Assembly (NCBI GenBank): GCA_010909165.1
Contig: VJWM01000135.1
Span: 656,964-720,963, forward strand
From: Anthoceros angustus
Lineage: Eukaryota > Plantae > Anthocerotophyta
Length of the DNA stretch: 64,000 nt
Reading direction: 5' to 3'
Shown: positions 49,695-60,168 of the stretch, piece after piece
How the letters are laid out: each line of letters starts with the position of its first letter
Position numbering within the stretch: the stretch's first letter is position 1
Program-made: the position numbers and the translations under genes
Notes under the pieces: model-generated
Told to the model about the DNA's origin: nothing
The model's database searches: none
What the model saw: only the letters and a program-made list of their open reading frames with translations

Positions 49695-51239
49695 ATGCCA
49701 CGTTTCTGGTGGCAACAAACCAATGATATTGATGAAGATGAGGACAATGAGGCTGATTTCCTAGCATCCCTAGCTCGGCAATTTTCTTCCTACACTCCCC
49801 CTGTCCTACCAGTGCCCGCTAGCATGGCTACCTCTGCAAGTGGTGCTCATGGTGGGGAGTTTAAGGAGAAAGACAGGTTTGATGGCAAGTCTACCATGTA
49901 CGAGAGTTGGAGAGCTCGAATGAAGGCATTCCTTGATGCCAGAGACGTCTAGGAATTTGTTGATGGCTCTATCTTAAAACTTGGACCAAGAGCTTTATTT
50001 GCCAAGTTTAACAAGGGCAATAAAGTTGCTTTTGCCATCTTATTGCCTGACTTGGATGAGGCCATTGTTTCGGAGGTTGAGTTTCTCCCAACAGCGGCGG
50101 ATGTCTGAACACAATTGAAGGATACATATCAAGTTCAGAATATTCTAACCTTGGTTGCTGTTAGAAACGAATACTATGGACCAAGGATGAAAGAAGGGGA
50201 CAACATCGATGCTCATATTAGCAAATTTTGTCGTCTGAAGGCTAGGCTTACCATGTTGAGCAACAAGTTGGAGGAAATTGACGTCGTTGCTCAGCTTCTT
50301 TCCAATCTTCCTTCCTCCTATCAGCAATTCGTTTGAAGTCAGAATTCTTCCTTGCATGCATCTGTTTGTGCAGTCTAGCCTAAGGCAGGAAGGACACCAA
50401 CTCTTACCCTAAATGAGCTCATAGGAACTCTTCTTCAAGATGAGCGGAGCTGAACTCGACCCGGTGGCACTGGGAGGGAGTGCATATAGAAGGTTCTAGT
50501 GGCATCAAAGGGAAAAGCGTTTGGATAGGGGAGAGAGAAGGGGAAGAAGAAGAAAACTCTATCTTCTACTGCTCCCACTGTCGCCAAACGCGAAGGTACC
50601 TGCAATTGGTGTCATACCCTTGGACACTGGGAGAGAGACTGTCGCAAAAAGATGGCTGGCGAACGAAGGAAGAATCCCAAACCTGCAGCGCACATTGCCT
50701 CTATTGGATCTTCCTCTTTACAACATGCTCACAAGAGTAGCTCCATTATTACAAGTGTGAGCCATCAGCAAGAGGTATGTTCACTGTTCTACTTCCCCTT
50801 CACGTCAACTCCATGAGAATCCCCCACATAGACCAACTGCTTCTCCTTCTGGTTGTGGAACTGGTGGATGTCCTGTTTGTTCCTGGAATGTCTAAGAACC
50901 TTCTCTCGATTAGAGCCCTTACACAATTAGTCTTGTTTGGATTCAGATTTGAGTCGGATAGCTTCTGCTTGTATAAGATCTCCAACAATGACCATGCATA
51001 GCAAGAGGAGGCTGGTCGTACCGATTCTGGTGTTCCACCGACCAGTTGTTCCCTCGGTAACATCATTAGCAGAACTTTGGCATGCACGCCTTGAGCATAT
51101 CAACAAGGCAAAGCTAAGTATGATATCTTCTATGGACTGCTATAAGGAGAGACTTCTAGCTCAATTCAAGGACCTTCCTGCTTGCAAATCATATATTTTG
51201 TCCAAACAGAAGGAGTTACCTTTCAAGAACAAAGATTAG
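49695..51239 (+). pseudogene. Copia gag and partial pol with stops and frameshifts; no integrase core, RT or RNase H
   Basis: DRFDGKSTMYESWRARMKAFLDARDV, RMKEGDNIDAHISKF, LLSNLPSSYQQFV, CCHC knuckle CNWCHTLGHWERDC, DVLFVPGMSKNLLSI, GAG-pre-integrase LWHARLEHIN...KQKELPF. Confidence 0.9.
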
Positions 51240-51710
51240 ACAAAGGTTAGACAAAGGTTAGATTTCGATGGGAGTTTCCAGTACCGATACTAGCATACCT
51301 GCCTCCTTGTCCACCGAGCCTTCTTTGGCACGTGTGCCTACGTATACTTGTGTGGCAGGGCTGTTAATCGACATTGTTGGTCTGAGCTGCAGATTCCGGA
51401 GGATGCCTTGCTGAGAAGATGATGGGCCGATTGAATCAGATGGCCTGCCGTATACACTTTCTTCCAAATCCAGGTCAATAGCATGCTTTCTAAGGGCACC
51501 CCTGGGTGCGCAGTTCTGCCAGTGTTGATGCGCACCAGTCATGCCCTCCTCCTCCCTTCCATCACTGCGTCTCCTCTTCCACGCGTCGTGGCAGGTTTTG
51601 GCTGCCAGCGCGATGCGCAAACCTGAAATAGTTCTTGAAAACGCAACCACCTCAGTCTGCAATAGACCCTAACTGCAAATGGGAAACGGGAATGAAGTGC
51701 AAAAAAATGT

Positions 51711-51742
51711 AGACGGGAATGAAGTGCACTTCATTCCCGTCT
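51711..51742. repeat. Perfect 32-bp palindrome within a larger imperfect inverted repeat (about 51634-51770)
   Basis: AGACGGGAATGAAGTG|CACTTCATTCCCGTCT. Confidence 0.9.
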
Positions 51743-51965
51743 CCCGTTTGCAGGTGGTTGCGTTTTTAAGGAAGCAGGTGGGGCACGGGGCACGGGGGTT
51801 TTGTGGTCTTAATGGCCATCTACCCCCCCATCACTCTCACATGGGCATGGCTGTTCGCATTCCCATGGGTACATAATTGTATTTCTACCCACCTATCACT
51901 ATTTACTGGTATCTATTTCGAGTAAGTTTGGTAATACATCATAACGTGCCTACGCTAAGTAGGAT

Positions 51966-52147
51966 TGTTAGAGTTATGGGGTTAGTATAACCTACCAGTT
52001 ATTATTTATTTAATAACTAGGTTAATTAATGAACAGACACCACAACCCCACCACACACATATTTAAGACAATTTTGTAACTTGTTTTAATTAATTGCATC
52101 TTGCTTTGTTGCAATCTACTTTTGTGCTTCCGCTTATGAAAGTAATA
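51966..52147 (+). repeat. 3' LTR
   Basis: Direct repeat of 48488-48667. Confidence 0.9.
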
Positions 52148-53619
52148 TAAAGGATCATGGCGGATTGCATACTTTGGTTATAACTTTTATTCTTGGATTA
52201 TCGTTCAAGATCTTAAACCCAAGAACTACTCCTTAGCAACCAAGGGATATATTATTGAGGATCTTTCTCTAGTTGTATCATTGGACGTATTAGAAGGAGA
52301 AGTTGTTCATTTTTAAAATTGCTCATGCTCTATGTGATGTGGCCATTTTTCGTGGAGATGAGTTTGTTGTTTTTATTCTTCATTCAAGTAATTTTTTAGA
52401 CGAAGTTGATTCAATCCCCTTCATTCTTCTCCTCTAACAAATAGAAATGGTTTTTGTTTGTAGCTTAGTGTCCTTATTCTCATATACATATGTTGTTTCA
52501 ATCTATGTCATTCAGATGTAACAGAAGAAAAATTCTATTAAAGTCTATACCATGGTGTGCTTAAGCTACTTGTACCAAGGGCATCCATTCCCTCTAGGCA
52601 TCCCATCTAAGTATCAATCTAAGCACATAATGCTTAATTTTTATGAATGTGCGTAGACTTAAATAAAATTCTTCTTCGTCTTCAATTGGATACTTTTTTA
52701 TAAAAACATCACTGTTACTAGGACGTACTTCTCCTCTGTGTTCACTTTTATGGTTGTGGCGATTCTGTCCAATTCGATCTACAGTAAAATAAAGGGCTTC
52801 CGGACATTGGCTTGGATCTCTCAAGTGGATCAGCCATTTGGTCTGACTTTTTCAGAGCATCTCCGTAATGGTGGAGGAACCTCAACTGCAAAAATTAAAC
52901 ATCATAGCCCAAGAAACCAACCGACAATTGCAAAGCATCAGTAAAACGAGCTTCCAAACAAATATATAGCCAATTCACGGATGAGGTGGTGTTCAAACCG
53001 GATGCGAGGCAAGAAGCGAACGTACATTTGAGCTGGCTGGCCGGACAAACTTGGAAAACCCTAATTAATATACGGATGCAAAGAGTGGCTGCCCGGAGGT
53101 GTGCTTGTTGCAATGGACCACATTCATGTGCATCAATAGGACAGGCATGGTGTAGAAAAGCTCATCTCAATTTAGCAAAGCTCTCACCTAAAGCTCCAAA
53201 GCTCTCACCATTACAGAATGCTCAAGCATCTTTTGGAACGACGGTAGCCCCTCCCCTTGCTGCTAGTATGGCCACCATCTCTGCCTCGTCCAATTGCGAT
53301 GTCACACGTCGCTTACGCTCTGCCTCCGCTTCAGCAACTTGCTCATCCTTCATCTTCTGCCTCGGTGCTTAATTAATTACTTCTCATTTGCAAGCTTCTT
53401 TTGCACTTTAGCGCCGAGTTTGCAATTCGCTCTGCCTGTTGAATTAGATCTAAAGCCTTCCATTTCTTTGTAGCTGCCTTGACAATTACAAGTTCCTTCG
53501 CCTTGAGAAATTTGGCTAGTCTTTGCTCTGTTGTTATCAAAGTAGCCATCGACAGTTTCAGCACACTTGGCTCTCAATGCATCTTTGCACTTGGTGGTAC
53601 ACCTTGCAATTAATTGATA

Positions 53620-53790
53620 CCGAACTAGTCATATTGCAAGCTCATACTCCTCCTCAGTTGTCAAGATTGTCCCGCCTTTCTTCGTTGATTTCACCTTTCC
53701 ACGCACCCATTCTTGCAACGTGCTTTTGGGGATCTTGAACTTTTCAGCCGAACGTGTTCCACCCACCTTTTTTCTTCATGTTGGTCCTTG
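53620..53790 (-). mobile_element. Degenerate pogo/Tigger-family transposase N-terminus (pipsqueak-type HTH leading into CENP-B-type HTH); the relic probably extends to about 52950
   Basis: Frame reads RSAEKFKIPKSTLQEWVRGKVKSTKKGGTILTTEEEYELAI*LVR. It matches the pattern AAxxFxIPxSTL...GxxTxLTxEEExxLxxW, with a TGA at the Trp position. Confidence 0.7.
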
Positions 53791-54502
53791 GTTTTTGCAA
53801 ACACACAGTACGAGTGTATATCAAAGGCCTGATACATGTTGTGCAAGCAGTAGCATTAATGTGTAGCTTTGCAGCCTTGTACAAAACATCGGATGCAAGT
53901 GCAGAAGAATGGATGAAGCAAGTGCAATGGAATGTAGGGAATAGCTCACTGTAGATCAATTAACAGCAAGCACGGCACAAACTATGATCAAACCTAGCGA
54001 ATGCAATTCCATTTCTAGCTTTCATAATCTCTGCTAACTGCATGCTTTATGGTTATGTAGGCCTTGGGGAACATTATGCAATTAGAAGAGTGAGGAGCTG
54101 CTGCTTGTGATCAATACGTAAATTTAGGCAGCCTTAATGCCTCTAAAGTGCTCAAATTTAGACTCTTATAGGCGGCAAAAGACACCATCGATCCACTCTG
54201 AGTACAAATGCTTAGTATAAGAGTTTGATGGAGTCCTTTTTTATCAGCTCTTACTGTTATGGTGTTTTTCTTCTTCCCTCTTACCTTTTTGAAAACCGTC
54301 TTGAGTCTACGCGGCTATAACCGGGCAAACGAATCAAATAAAAAAACCCATCCTCCCTGGCGTTTTCCTCCGAAACCCTTCGCTGGACTCTGTGATCGAG
54401 CCTTGTAATTTGAGTCGCTTGGGCAACGGATGCCGTGTACTGTCGTCGAGGAAATTCCTACAGCCTTGGCTGTGTGCTACCTGGGGGAGAGCTAGCTGGC
54501 CT

Positions 54503-56821
54503 ATGAAGAACAGTCTGATGAATTCCTCCAGCGGTGACAACACCAATTACTACGATGCGCTCGGGGTCAGCAAAAATGTTTCTCAAGAGGAGCTGAGGAA
54601 GGCTTTCCAAACGGAGGTTATTGAAAGCTACCCTGACAAGAGTGCGAACTCTCAGAAGGTGTGGCAAAGGAAGCTTTCCAGCTCCGTGTCTAGGTTTAGG
54701 TTTTATGTCCAATGTCATCGTTTCGTTTGTTGGCTTTCTTGTGTGGTGTAGTGGCATCGTAGCTCTTTTGATTGTGTCACCCATTTCCCTTGACTCATCT
54801 TGATGGCAGGCAGTTGCTGGTAACGCCCTCTCCTGGACAGTTTGCGAGATCTGGTATCTTTCACTCGTTTCATTGTTGGAAGGAACACGGTATTTCTCCC
54901 AAGCGTTGATGAAGGACTCTGCTGATTCTGGCTTGTTGGTTGGCGGATCGCTCCGTTGCAGGAGGTTTTCGCTACTTAGATGGATGGAGGGAATTCGCCT
55001 GGGGCGCGTTGGCCGGTGGGTTTGGGGAAACCATCATGCACCCAGTGGATACTCTCAAGACGCGAATTCAGAGCCAAAGCTTCGGGCTTCAGGTAGGAAA
55101 TGGCCGAAAGTCAGGTTACCAGTTGAAGATCCAATAGACTTGTAGGAAATAGTCTTGCAGGGGAATGCAGCATAGGTATAATTGGAGATTGACACAACCG
55201 GTTTATCAAGATTCAGTTTCAGCGGATGCTGTGCTCGTAGGCAGGTTGTTATAGTGATGCTGGTGCTGCATGTTGATGATCCTCTTGGTGAACAATCAGA
55301 GCCAGAAGCAAGTTGGGCAGCTACTAGGATCGGTCAGAACAGTTGATGGCGTAAGAGGTGACTCACCGACCTTACCTTGTATATGTTTCCTCAATCTGAG
55401 GATCAATTTGTCTGCCAGGCCTCTTCCTTCTTTTCCCTTCTTATTGGTTTCCCGGTTGTGTTGACAGGATTGTACAGGGGAGTGGTACCAGGAATCACTG
55501 GATCTCTGGTCACAGGAGCCACTTACTTTGGATTTATCGAGTCAACCAAAGACTGGTTGCGAGAAACAAATCCAAGCCTAGAAGGTCCATGGGCACACTT
55601 CTTAGCTGGTGCAATCGGTAAGGTGTCTGCAGCTCAGATTTACCCATTCGACTACTTTGACCTTCCTTGTTCTCACCGGGGTCTTGTTTTCTCATGTAAC
55701 CTTCATGTTTCAGGGGACACTATTGGATCCGTGATCTATGTTCCTTGTGAAGTGATAAAGCAGAGAATGCAAATTCAGGGGACCCCCAAAACCTGGCAAG
55801 CAGCAGCATTGAGGGAGGCCCCCCAAGCCGTTTACTATACGGGAATATTTCAAGCGGCAAACTCAATCGTGAAACAAGACGGACCCCGAGGTCTATACGC
55901 AGGGTATTTAGCTGCACTTCTCCTCTGGGGTATTATGTTCACCAGCTGTATGTTGGCCAAGAGTGCATCTTTGGTTGATGATGTGTGTGCTTGCTTGCAG
56001 CTATCTGTCAACTCTTGCAAGGGACGTACCATTTGCAGGATTGCAGGTAAGGATTGGGTGGTAGCTCAGGTTTACTTTGATAGCTTATTTGGTCTTCATG
56101 GTCTCCACATGTTATTAACAATGGTGGATGTGCAGATCATGTTCTATGAAGCTCTTAGGACTGGTGTTGAATATGGCCATCAGCAGTTGTCATCCTCCAC
56201 AGATGTGGCACACAAGTTTGGTACTCTTGAAGAGTTGGGCATGGGTGGTGCTGCCGGCGGTACGTGGTTGCCTGGTTTTCGTTATCGAAGCTTCCTTTGT
56301 TTGGTCCATTACCTAAGCCATTAAAAATTTTTGTGCTTTGGCTTGTCGTTGAATAGTTCCTGATGGTGTGGAGTTGGAGTATGTGGTAAACGCCGGGTTT
56401 CTTCTATCTGCAGTCGCTTCACGCTTGTCTTGTGACGCAGGTCTCAGTGCGTTTTTAACAACTCCCTTCGATGTCATCAAGACACGGCTTCAGGTGCAAG
56501 GCTTCAATGCAGTGTATGTCAAAAGCCACCCTGGCCAATTTCGCCCCTCTCCCCTGTGCTCGGTCGATGTAATAATTTCCATGTTTCTTCAGGTATGCCG
56601 GCTGGACAGATGCTTTGCGAACAATTTGGAGGGAGGAAGGCGTAAAGGGCTTTTTCAGAGGAGCTATTCCTAGGATTTGCTGGTTCGTTCCAGCGTCAGG
56701 CTTGACTTTTATGGCTGTGGAGTACCTACGAAAGCAGCTCAATCCGGAGCTGCGTGAACAATCATCTGGGGCATCCGTGATGACGGTGGTGGGCCCTCCT
56801 TTGGATGAGATCCGAACGTGA
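54503..56821 (+). CDS. Mitochondrial carrier family protein (At1g74240-like) with an apparent N-terminal degenerate DnaJ exon; predicted exons include 54503-54658, 54814-54853, 54962-55092 and about seven more ending at 56821
   Basis: Carrier repeats HPVDTLKTRIQ, VPCEVIKQRMQ, TPFDVIKTRLQ, plus GLYRGVVPG, ARDVPFAG and GFFRGAIPR. The carrier part is high confidence; the 5' fusion is inferred from splice sites and phase. Confidence 0.85.
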
Positions 56822-57054
56822 CACCTTCACCGCACCTATAGTTTGTTGCGCAAGTCCAGGGCCTGGCTGTTGTCTGACTACAGACTTTCCATATTTCCGA
56901 GCCATTTTATTGTTATCCCAACTTTTTACCAAGCTGGCCGAGATACCTTTAGGTGATCAGCCAGACTTTAAACTCATTTTTGAACCCTACCTACACACGT
57001 AGGGTTTATTTCCTATAGGGCCTGCTTCCGGGTTGAGGAGGTTCACGAAAGACG

Positions 57055-58466
57055 ATGGCCACCAGGGCGGTGCAGAGATATGGCCGCCAGGATGTGTCTG
57101 CCAGCGTGAGGCTGCTCACCCGCGGGCGCCCCTGGCACGGTTCGTGTTCCGGGATCCTTCTTGAGCGAAATGAAACGCAGAGCATCGGCGTCTCGGGACA
57201 AGGCGCAGTATTGCACGCTCAGGAATCTGCCTGGGATCGAGGTTTAGGGTTTATGTTTGATCAACGGAGGAGTCTGAAATTGTTTGCCAAGAGCGAGGCA
57301 GACCGGGAGAGGCGGCAGCAGGCCGACAGGATCGTGGTTTATAGAGGCAAATGGATGCGTCCGTTCCGATTGGTTGTAAGGTGTGCAACGGTGACCTAAT
57401 TCTGATCAAATGGCCGCCATTCCATGCCTGGCACGCCCTTGATGTGTGCGGTCTGGTGCAGACTGAAACTGGTTCAGCTGGCGGGCGTGGCAGCGTTGGT
57501 GATCCCCTTGGCACACTGGTCTCAACATGTAGGCTCCCGTTGCCATCGAATTCGTCACGGCTACAAGTTTGGAAGCAGCTGGATGTCTCGAAATTGCTAA
57601 GCTGCTCTGTTGTCGTGCAAGGCGCTAGGGTAGCCTTCCACTGCCGGCTCTGTTAGCTTGTGGAGGTGTTTTGATTGGATCCGCATCCGCGTCCGGTGCC
57701 CTTTGGTACTACTCTCGCAGGTGCACCGTCTGGCTGAAACTCTTTCTGTGCAATCTTGAATGTAGCCACCCCAGACTAGGCTGCGGGATAGGTAGGCTGG
57801 CTGAGGCTATCCCAACGAAGTAATCACCGAGCTCGCCGTGCGCAGGTATGTGGGAGAAATGGCGCTAACACCTGACATGAAGCGAGTGCAGATCAGCGTG
57901 ATGGACTTCTGGGGCAATCGCAAGGTAAACAAGACAGTCGCTCCTCCATTGGATCGATCCTTCGTACCATCAGCCTCCGACATTCTTGTTTCTGAGAACC
58001 GCATCCTTGTTTCAATTCTTTTGCAGAACGTGGACGTCGATGTGAGGTGACAGCAGACCCCGTCCGCCACTGTGGCTTCCGCTCCCGAATGCATCAAAAT
58101 GGCAGGTTAGCCTAACAGCAACAAAATTGTCCTGTCCAGGGATGTGATCCCGCCGCTCCAGGGCTTGGACAAGGAGGAGCTGCAGGCGGTAGCGAACCAT
58201 GTCCTCACCCCGCTGAACGGTAAGCCGATGCTCCCTCGCTCCTGACGTTTCTCCTTTTCCCGCCATCTGTCGCGCAGCATTATGACGAGGCATGGCATCC
58301 CCTGTGCTGTCACCTTCGCGTTCCCTTGGTGCCATCAGTGGCAGGCGAGCGTCAGTTCGTACTGAGCCTGAAGCACGGGCAACTGGTGCACAAGGAGAAG
58401 CTGTTCCAGCTCCTCCACGGCAAGCTGTCCGGCGACGAGCAGGAGAAGCTGGAGTCGTGTGGCTAG
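57055..58466 (+). CDS. TMEM186: TMEM186-like mitochondrial inner-membrane protein (TMEM70/TMEM186 family), about 7 exons
   Basis: Spliced product VYRGKWMRPFRLVV|RLKLVQLAG...WYYSR|RYVGEMAL...MDFWGNRK...DVIPP...FVLSLKHGQLVHKEKL. It parallels recalled animal TMEM186 motifs RLKLAQ, RRLVG, NFWGWR, DVIP and LRYGRILDRERF. Arg-rich presequence-like N-terminus. Confidence 0.8.
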
Positions 58467-59403
58467 CCAGCCGCCTCGCCTCCCCGGTGCGGGGCCTCGC
58501 ACTCTGTGTGCGCTGTTCAGTCTTAGATTGTGATAGGCCCAGTTATTACGTCACCTACATTGTGTACCCCACTCTTGCTGCAGCTGGAGAGGACGCGGCT
58601 GATTTTCTATTGGGAAGCAAGTACACGCGCGTTCCCACTGTTTCACATAAGGAGCACATGCGAGGTTGGCGAAGAGGTCAAATCGCAGCATGTACGTATG
58701 CACAGAAAGCGTATTGGAAGTTGAGTAGTGTTCCGTACATTCTGACATACTGTACATTCAATTCTAGCGAGCTTTACAGCGGTGGGTTCCTCCACGTACA
58801 TACGTCGACTAGCAGAAACAGGGCCATGAAGACAGCAGGGCCAGAAGAGGGCAGTGGCAGGGCTCAACAGTAAAGATGGCAGCGAGATTTGATTCGCCGC
58901 GTGTTTGGCTGGAAGCTCGGCCTCCGCGGCATTTTTTCACACGTGAGTTAAACAGGGGATGAGGCTCGGGGAGAGATCGGATTCGGCGGCCTGGAGGCGT
59001 CGGGAATTTGTGATTCTCCGCGGAATGGCTGCCTACAAATCATGAGAGGTTGGGGTCGCACAAGTCCAACCGGACTGCGAGAATGCGCATTGCACAGGAA
59101 GCAGAAGAGGGGAGGGAGAGGAATTGATCTCATTCCTTTGGCATTTGCATTTCCCGCTGCTGCTGCTGCTGCTGCGGTTGTTGTTGTTGGTGGTGGTGTG
59201 CTTCTGGAGGCAAGGAGCGGGTCCGATGGTGGAGAAAGTGTCGCAGTGGTCGTGTTGCTCGGCGTCCCCGCGGGGGGAGCAGCAGCAGGGGCGGACTCCG
59301 TTCCGTCGACGCCGCAGCGCCGGCACGGCGTGGGCGGGCGCGGGCGCGGGCGCGGGCGCGGGGAGCAGCAGCTGCTGGCGGCCGGACTGCGTGCCGGGGC
59401 GAG

Positions 59404-60168
59404 GTGCGGTACCCGGCGGCCAAGCTCCGGCAGGTGGACAAGGGTGTGGCGCTGTGCTGCTACGCCACCAGCGAGGTCGCATCGTCCCCGGAGGCGGAGG
59501 CGGAGGCGGAGGGGGAGGGGGACAGGGACAGGGAGCAGGGATTGGGAGGGGCAGGGCCAGCGGCGTGGGAGGTGGCCGGGTCGTCTTCCCCCGGCGGCAT
59601 CAGCAAGCGCGCGAGGCCGACGGCTGCGGATTCCGAGACCCGGCACCCCGTGTACCGGGGGGTGCGCAGGCGTAGCTGGGGGAAATGGGTGTCGGAGATC
59701 CGGGAGCCCAAGAAGAAATCGCGAATCTGGTTGGGCTCCTTCTCCAGCCCGGAGATGGCCGCGCGGGCCTACGACGTGGCCGCGCTCAGCCTCAAGGGCT
59801 CCGAGGCCGTGCTCAATTTCCCGGAATGCCGCCCCTCGCTCCCCCGCCCGCCCTCCATGTCCCCCAAGTCCATCCAGGCCACGGCGTCCGAGTACGCCAT
59901 GAACGTGGGCTCTGCCTCCTCCAGCTCCCACCAGCTGCTGCTACCCCAGGAACAGCAAGAGCAAGAGCAAGAGCAGCAAGAGGAACAGCAGGATCCCGCC
60001 GCCGAGCCTGCCTATGTGGACGAAGACCTCATCTTCGATATGCACAACGTGCTTAAAGGCATGGCTCAGGCAATGCTGCTGGACCCCTGGGATCACCGCG
60101 CAGACCTCCAAGACGACGACGAGGATGACGACGACGACGCCGATGCTGGCCAAAGCCTGTGGGATTGA
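59404..60168 (+). CDS. AP2/ERF transcription factor, DREB (A-4/TINY-like) subgroup; 5' end unresolved
   Basis: [33 protein letters not shown]...[14 protein letters not shown]...LNFP (V14/E19 DREB residues), C-terminal [20 protein letters not shown] and SLWD. No in-frame ATG upstream of the domain. Confidence 0.85.
   Translation: MRYPAAKLRQVDKGVALCCYATSEVASSPEAEAEAEGEGDRDREQGLGGAGPAAWEVAGSSSPGGISKRARPTAADSETRHPVYRGVRRRSWGKWVSEIREPKKKSRIWLGSFSSPEMAARAYDVAALSLKGSEAVLNFPECRPSLPRPPSMSPKSIQATASEYAMNVGSASSSSHQLLLPQEQQEQEQEQQEEQQDPAAEPAYVDEDLIFDMHNVLKGMAQAMLLDPWDHRADLQDDDEDDDDDADAGQSLWD

Larger units (their letters stand above)
48488..52147 (+). mobile_element. Ty1/Copia LTR retrotransposon, non-autonomous (internally deleted), about 3.66 kb
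   Basis: 5' LTR 48488-48667 and 3' LTR 51966-52147 (about 180 bp; the 3' LTR starts TGTTAG). tRNA-Met(i) PBS TGGTATCAGAGC immediately after the 5' LTR. TSD GAAAG/TAAAG (4/5). Decayed gag-pol inside. Confidence 0.92.

Noticed and set aside
58948-59931. 327-aa minus-strand ORF and other long ORFs around the AP2 gene
   Set aside because: Low-complexity Arg/Pro/Gly translations of GC-rich DNA overlapping the real AP2/ERF frame.
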